Origin: an uncultured Acidobacteriota bacterium
GTDB taxonomy: Bacteria > Acidobacteriota > Blastocatellia > RBC074
Direction: 5' to 3'
Length of the DNA: 64,000 nucleotides
Assembly: GCA_963796275.1 (NCBI GenBank)
Contig: CAWCKY010000003.1
Location: 352,001-416,000 of the forward strand
Shown: positions 62,055 to 64,000 of the stretch, in pieces
Layout: every line of letters starts with the position of its first letter
How positions within the stretch are numbered: the first letter of the stretch is position 1
Translations under genes and position numbers: made by a program
Notes under the pieces: model-generated
The model's database searches: none
Told to the model about the DNA's origin: nothing
What the model saw: the letters and a program-made list of their open reading frames with translations, nothing else

Positions 62055-63302
62055 ATGAATAAGAACACAATTAAACGACGGCAATTTCTCAAGCAGGCTT
62101 CAGCAAGCGCGGCGATCGGGCTTGCATACCCGACTGCTCGCATCCTCGGTGCGAATGACCGCGTTCGCCTGGGCATCATCGGCCCCGGAGCCCGCGGCCA
62201 GGAGTTGATGAAGGAGTTCCTGAAAGTTCAAAACGCCGAGTTCGTCGCCTCCGCCGATGTCTATTCGCGGCGGCACGACGAGGCGAAAAACCTCGCACCC
62301 AATATTCAGACATTCACCGATTATCGGCGTCTGCTAGATATCAAAGACATCGATGCGGTCATCGTGGCCACTCCGCTGCACTGCCACAACGTGCATTTCC
62401 TCGCCGGTCTCGCGGCAGGAAAAGACATCTACTGTGAGAAGACGATGACATGGTCGATAGATGAGGCGGAAAACTGTCTGGCCGCCGCGAAGAAATCGAA
62501 GAGTGTAATTTCGATCGGACTGCAGCATCAGAGCACGGGCGAGCTGGCAGATGCCAAGCAGTGGATCAAGGACGGCATCGTCGGCAAGATCACACACGTC
62601 GAATCCTGGATGAGCCGCAATACGCCGCGCGGCAAGGCGCAATGGGTGCGGCCGGTCCCGGATGATTGCAATGCCTCGAACGTCGATTGGAAGGCTTTTT
62701 TGAATGGAAGGCAGGGGCGGCCGTTTGACGGTAACAAATTCATCAACTGGCGCCTCTACTGGGAGTTTTCGGGCGGGAATGTGACGGAAAATATGGTGCA
62801 TCAGATCGCATTCATCATGCGAGCTCTCGATCTGCCGGTCCCGGTCGCAGCCTATATGTCAGGCGGCGTATTTTCGGAAAAAGACGGCCGCGAGGTGCCC
62901 GACACGATCGCCGTGACCCTCGACTTCCCGAATGACACGGTCGTCACCTGGCAATCGACCTTCAGCAACAGCCGCTTCGGGGCGGGCGATCGGATCCTCG
63001 GTTCGCACGGGACGATCGAAAGGCTGATGGGATCGACCGATATGGTGACCGGCAAGTCGACCTCCGGAATTCGCTACTATCCCGAGAAGGCCAATCGCGC
63101 TGACGGATCTCCGATAGAGGGGCAATCGAAAGATCAAAACCATTTTGCCAACTTCATAGATTGCGTCCGCTCACGCAAAGAGCCCAATGCACCAGTCGAT
63201 ATCGGATTCCGTTCGGCAATCGCCGCACATATGGCAAATCTGTCGTATCGGAAGAAAGAGCGAGTGACGTTGGAAACGGCGCGGCAGTCCGCTAAACGGT
63301 AA
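62055..63302 (+). CDS. Gfo/Idh/MocA family oxidoreductase, Tat-exported
   Basis: KRRQFLK, IGPGARG, ATPLHCH, KDIYCEK. Confidence 0.93.
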   Translation: MNKNTIKRRQFLKQASASAAIGLAYPTARILGANDRVRLGIIGPGARGQELMKEFLKVQNAEFVASADVYSRRHDEAKNLAPNIQTFTDYRRLLDIKDIDAVIVATPLHCHNVHFLAGLAAGKDIYCEKTMTWSIDEAENCLAAAKKSKSVISIGLQHQSTGELADAKQWIKDGIVGKITHVESWMSRNTPRGKAQWVRPVPDDCNASNVDWKAFLNGRQGRPFDGNKFINWRLYWEFSGGNVTENMVHQIAFIMRALDLPVPVAAYMSGGVFSEKDGREVPDTIAVTLDFPNDTVVTWQSTFSNSRFGAGDRILGSHGTIERLMGSTDMVTGKSTSGIRYYPEKANRADGSPIEGQSKDQNHFANFIDCVRSRKEPNAPVDIGFRSAIAAHMANLSYRKKERVTLETARQSAKR

Positions 63303-63322
63303 CTTTGTTTTAACGCAAACCG

Positions 63323-63386
63323 AGAAAGGCACGAAAATAGCGGATTATTCCCAGCGAGGGAGCCTGCTACTTTTTGTGCCTTTTCT
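63323..63386. repeat. Intergenic inverted repeat, possible terminator
   Basis: agaaaggcacgaaaatagcgg / ctgctactttttgtgccttttct. Confidence 0.65.
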
Positions 63387-63695
63387 ATTTAATTCCATTC
63401 ATCCGGTGGAATTGTCCTGCCATCCTCATCGCGCGCGTATTACCGTCATCGCTGTGTGTTTATGAACGGACGGGAATCGAAGGATCGCTCATCTCCGTCG
63501 CGCGTCTCTGCGACGGTGGTGTCTTGTATTTTGGTGAAACGCACGAGCCATCTCTTCCAATAATTTTTTCAACATCCCGCTTCCATTTGTCTCAGATTGT
63601 TTGATGTCGCGTGATGATAGTGATAAGAATGTTGATTAGAGGCACTGATACTTTAACTCCGGCCAGCGTCAGCGCGTTTGGTCATAGCAGTCAAT

Positions 63696-64000
63696 ATGGT
63701 TAAAACTGAACTTCCGGTCCTCCCCTCAAAACCAGATACCGGCCTAGCCAATGGCAAAGCGAAACAGTTGCCGGTACTTTACGATTGTACGAAGTGCCCG
63801 GCTTATTGCTGTTCCTATGATTGGATAGTCGTCACCAAGCGTGACATCAAGAGGCTGGCCAGGGGATTCGGTTTGAGTTATGAGGAGGCTGAGCTGAGAT
63901 TTACTAAATACGTCGAAGAGTATGGCCACCGGGTGCTACGCCATCGCAAAGACCATATTTTTAAGAGCACGTGCCGGTTCCTCCATCCCACCGAACGGCG
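63696..64000 (+). CDS. YkgJ-family cysteine-cluster protein, 5' part (runs off the window; absent from the ORF track)
   Basis: MVKTELP...[13 protein letters not shown]...DIKRLA...CRFLHP: CxxCxxxCC motif. Confidence 0.85.
   Translation, partial: MVKTELPVLPSKPDTGLANGKAKQLPVLYDCTKCPAYCCSYDWIVVTKRDIKRLARGFGLSYEEAELRFTKYVEEYGHRVLRHRKDHIFKSTCRFLHPTER

Noticed and set aside
63390-63600. Small ORFs between the last oxidoreductase and the YkgJ gene
   Set aside because: No convincing RBS/start combination or recognisable motif on either strand.

Overview
Gene content (ADOP-type orphan permeases, three Oar-like TonB-dependent receptors, CRTAC1/ASPIC, VWA protein, DUF1501+PSD1 cytochrome pair, many Tat-exported Gfo/Idh/MocA enzymes) points to an Acidobacteriota chromosome; this is inference. 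No rRNA, tRNA or CRISPR array was seen. Blocks: (1) 1-3.9 kb, two AT-richer probable toxin/effector-immunity pairs around an amidohydrolase; (2) periplasmic sugar-oxidation and envelope genes; (3) a long minus-strand run (27.6-14.9 kb): SNase-like nuclease, Ada-AlkA, PEP-mutase-like enzyme, AraC, a 50-aa Cys-rich TRASH/YHS protein missed by the ORF track, a VOC-PP2C fusion, an enolase-family enzyme and two ADOP permeases, one behind an internally deleted padR that keeps its promoter and operators; (4) a FhlA-like sigma54 activator flanked by two sigma54 promoters, each with the same tandem GTGAC-N8-GTCAC array, driving an outer-membrane barrel and a STAS-RND efflux operon; (5) an IS50/Tn5-like IS4 element inserted in the centre of a REP hairpin so that the hairpin is regenerated on both sides; (6) a hexuronate-type MFS plus three tandem TonB receptors. 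Three +1 single-base frameshifts (two in the RND permease, one in a TonB receptor) look like assembly errors. Many intergenic gaps hold purine-skewed inverted-repeat elements. All calls come from reading motifs by eye; no database search was run.
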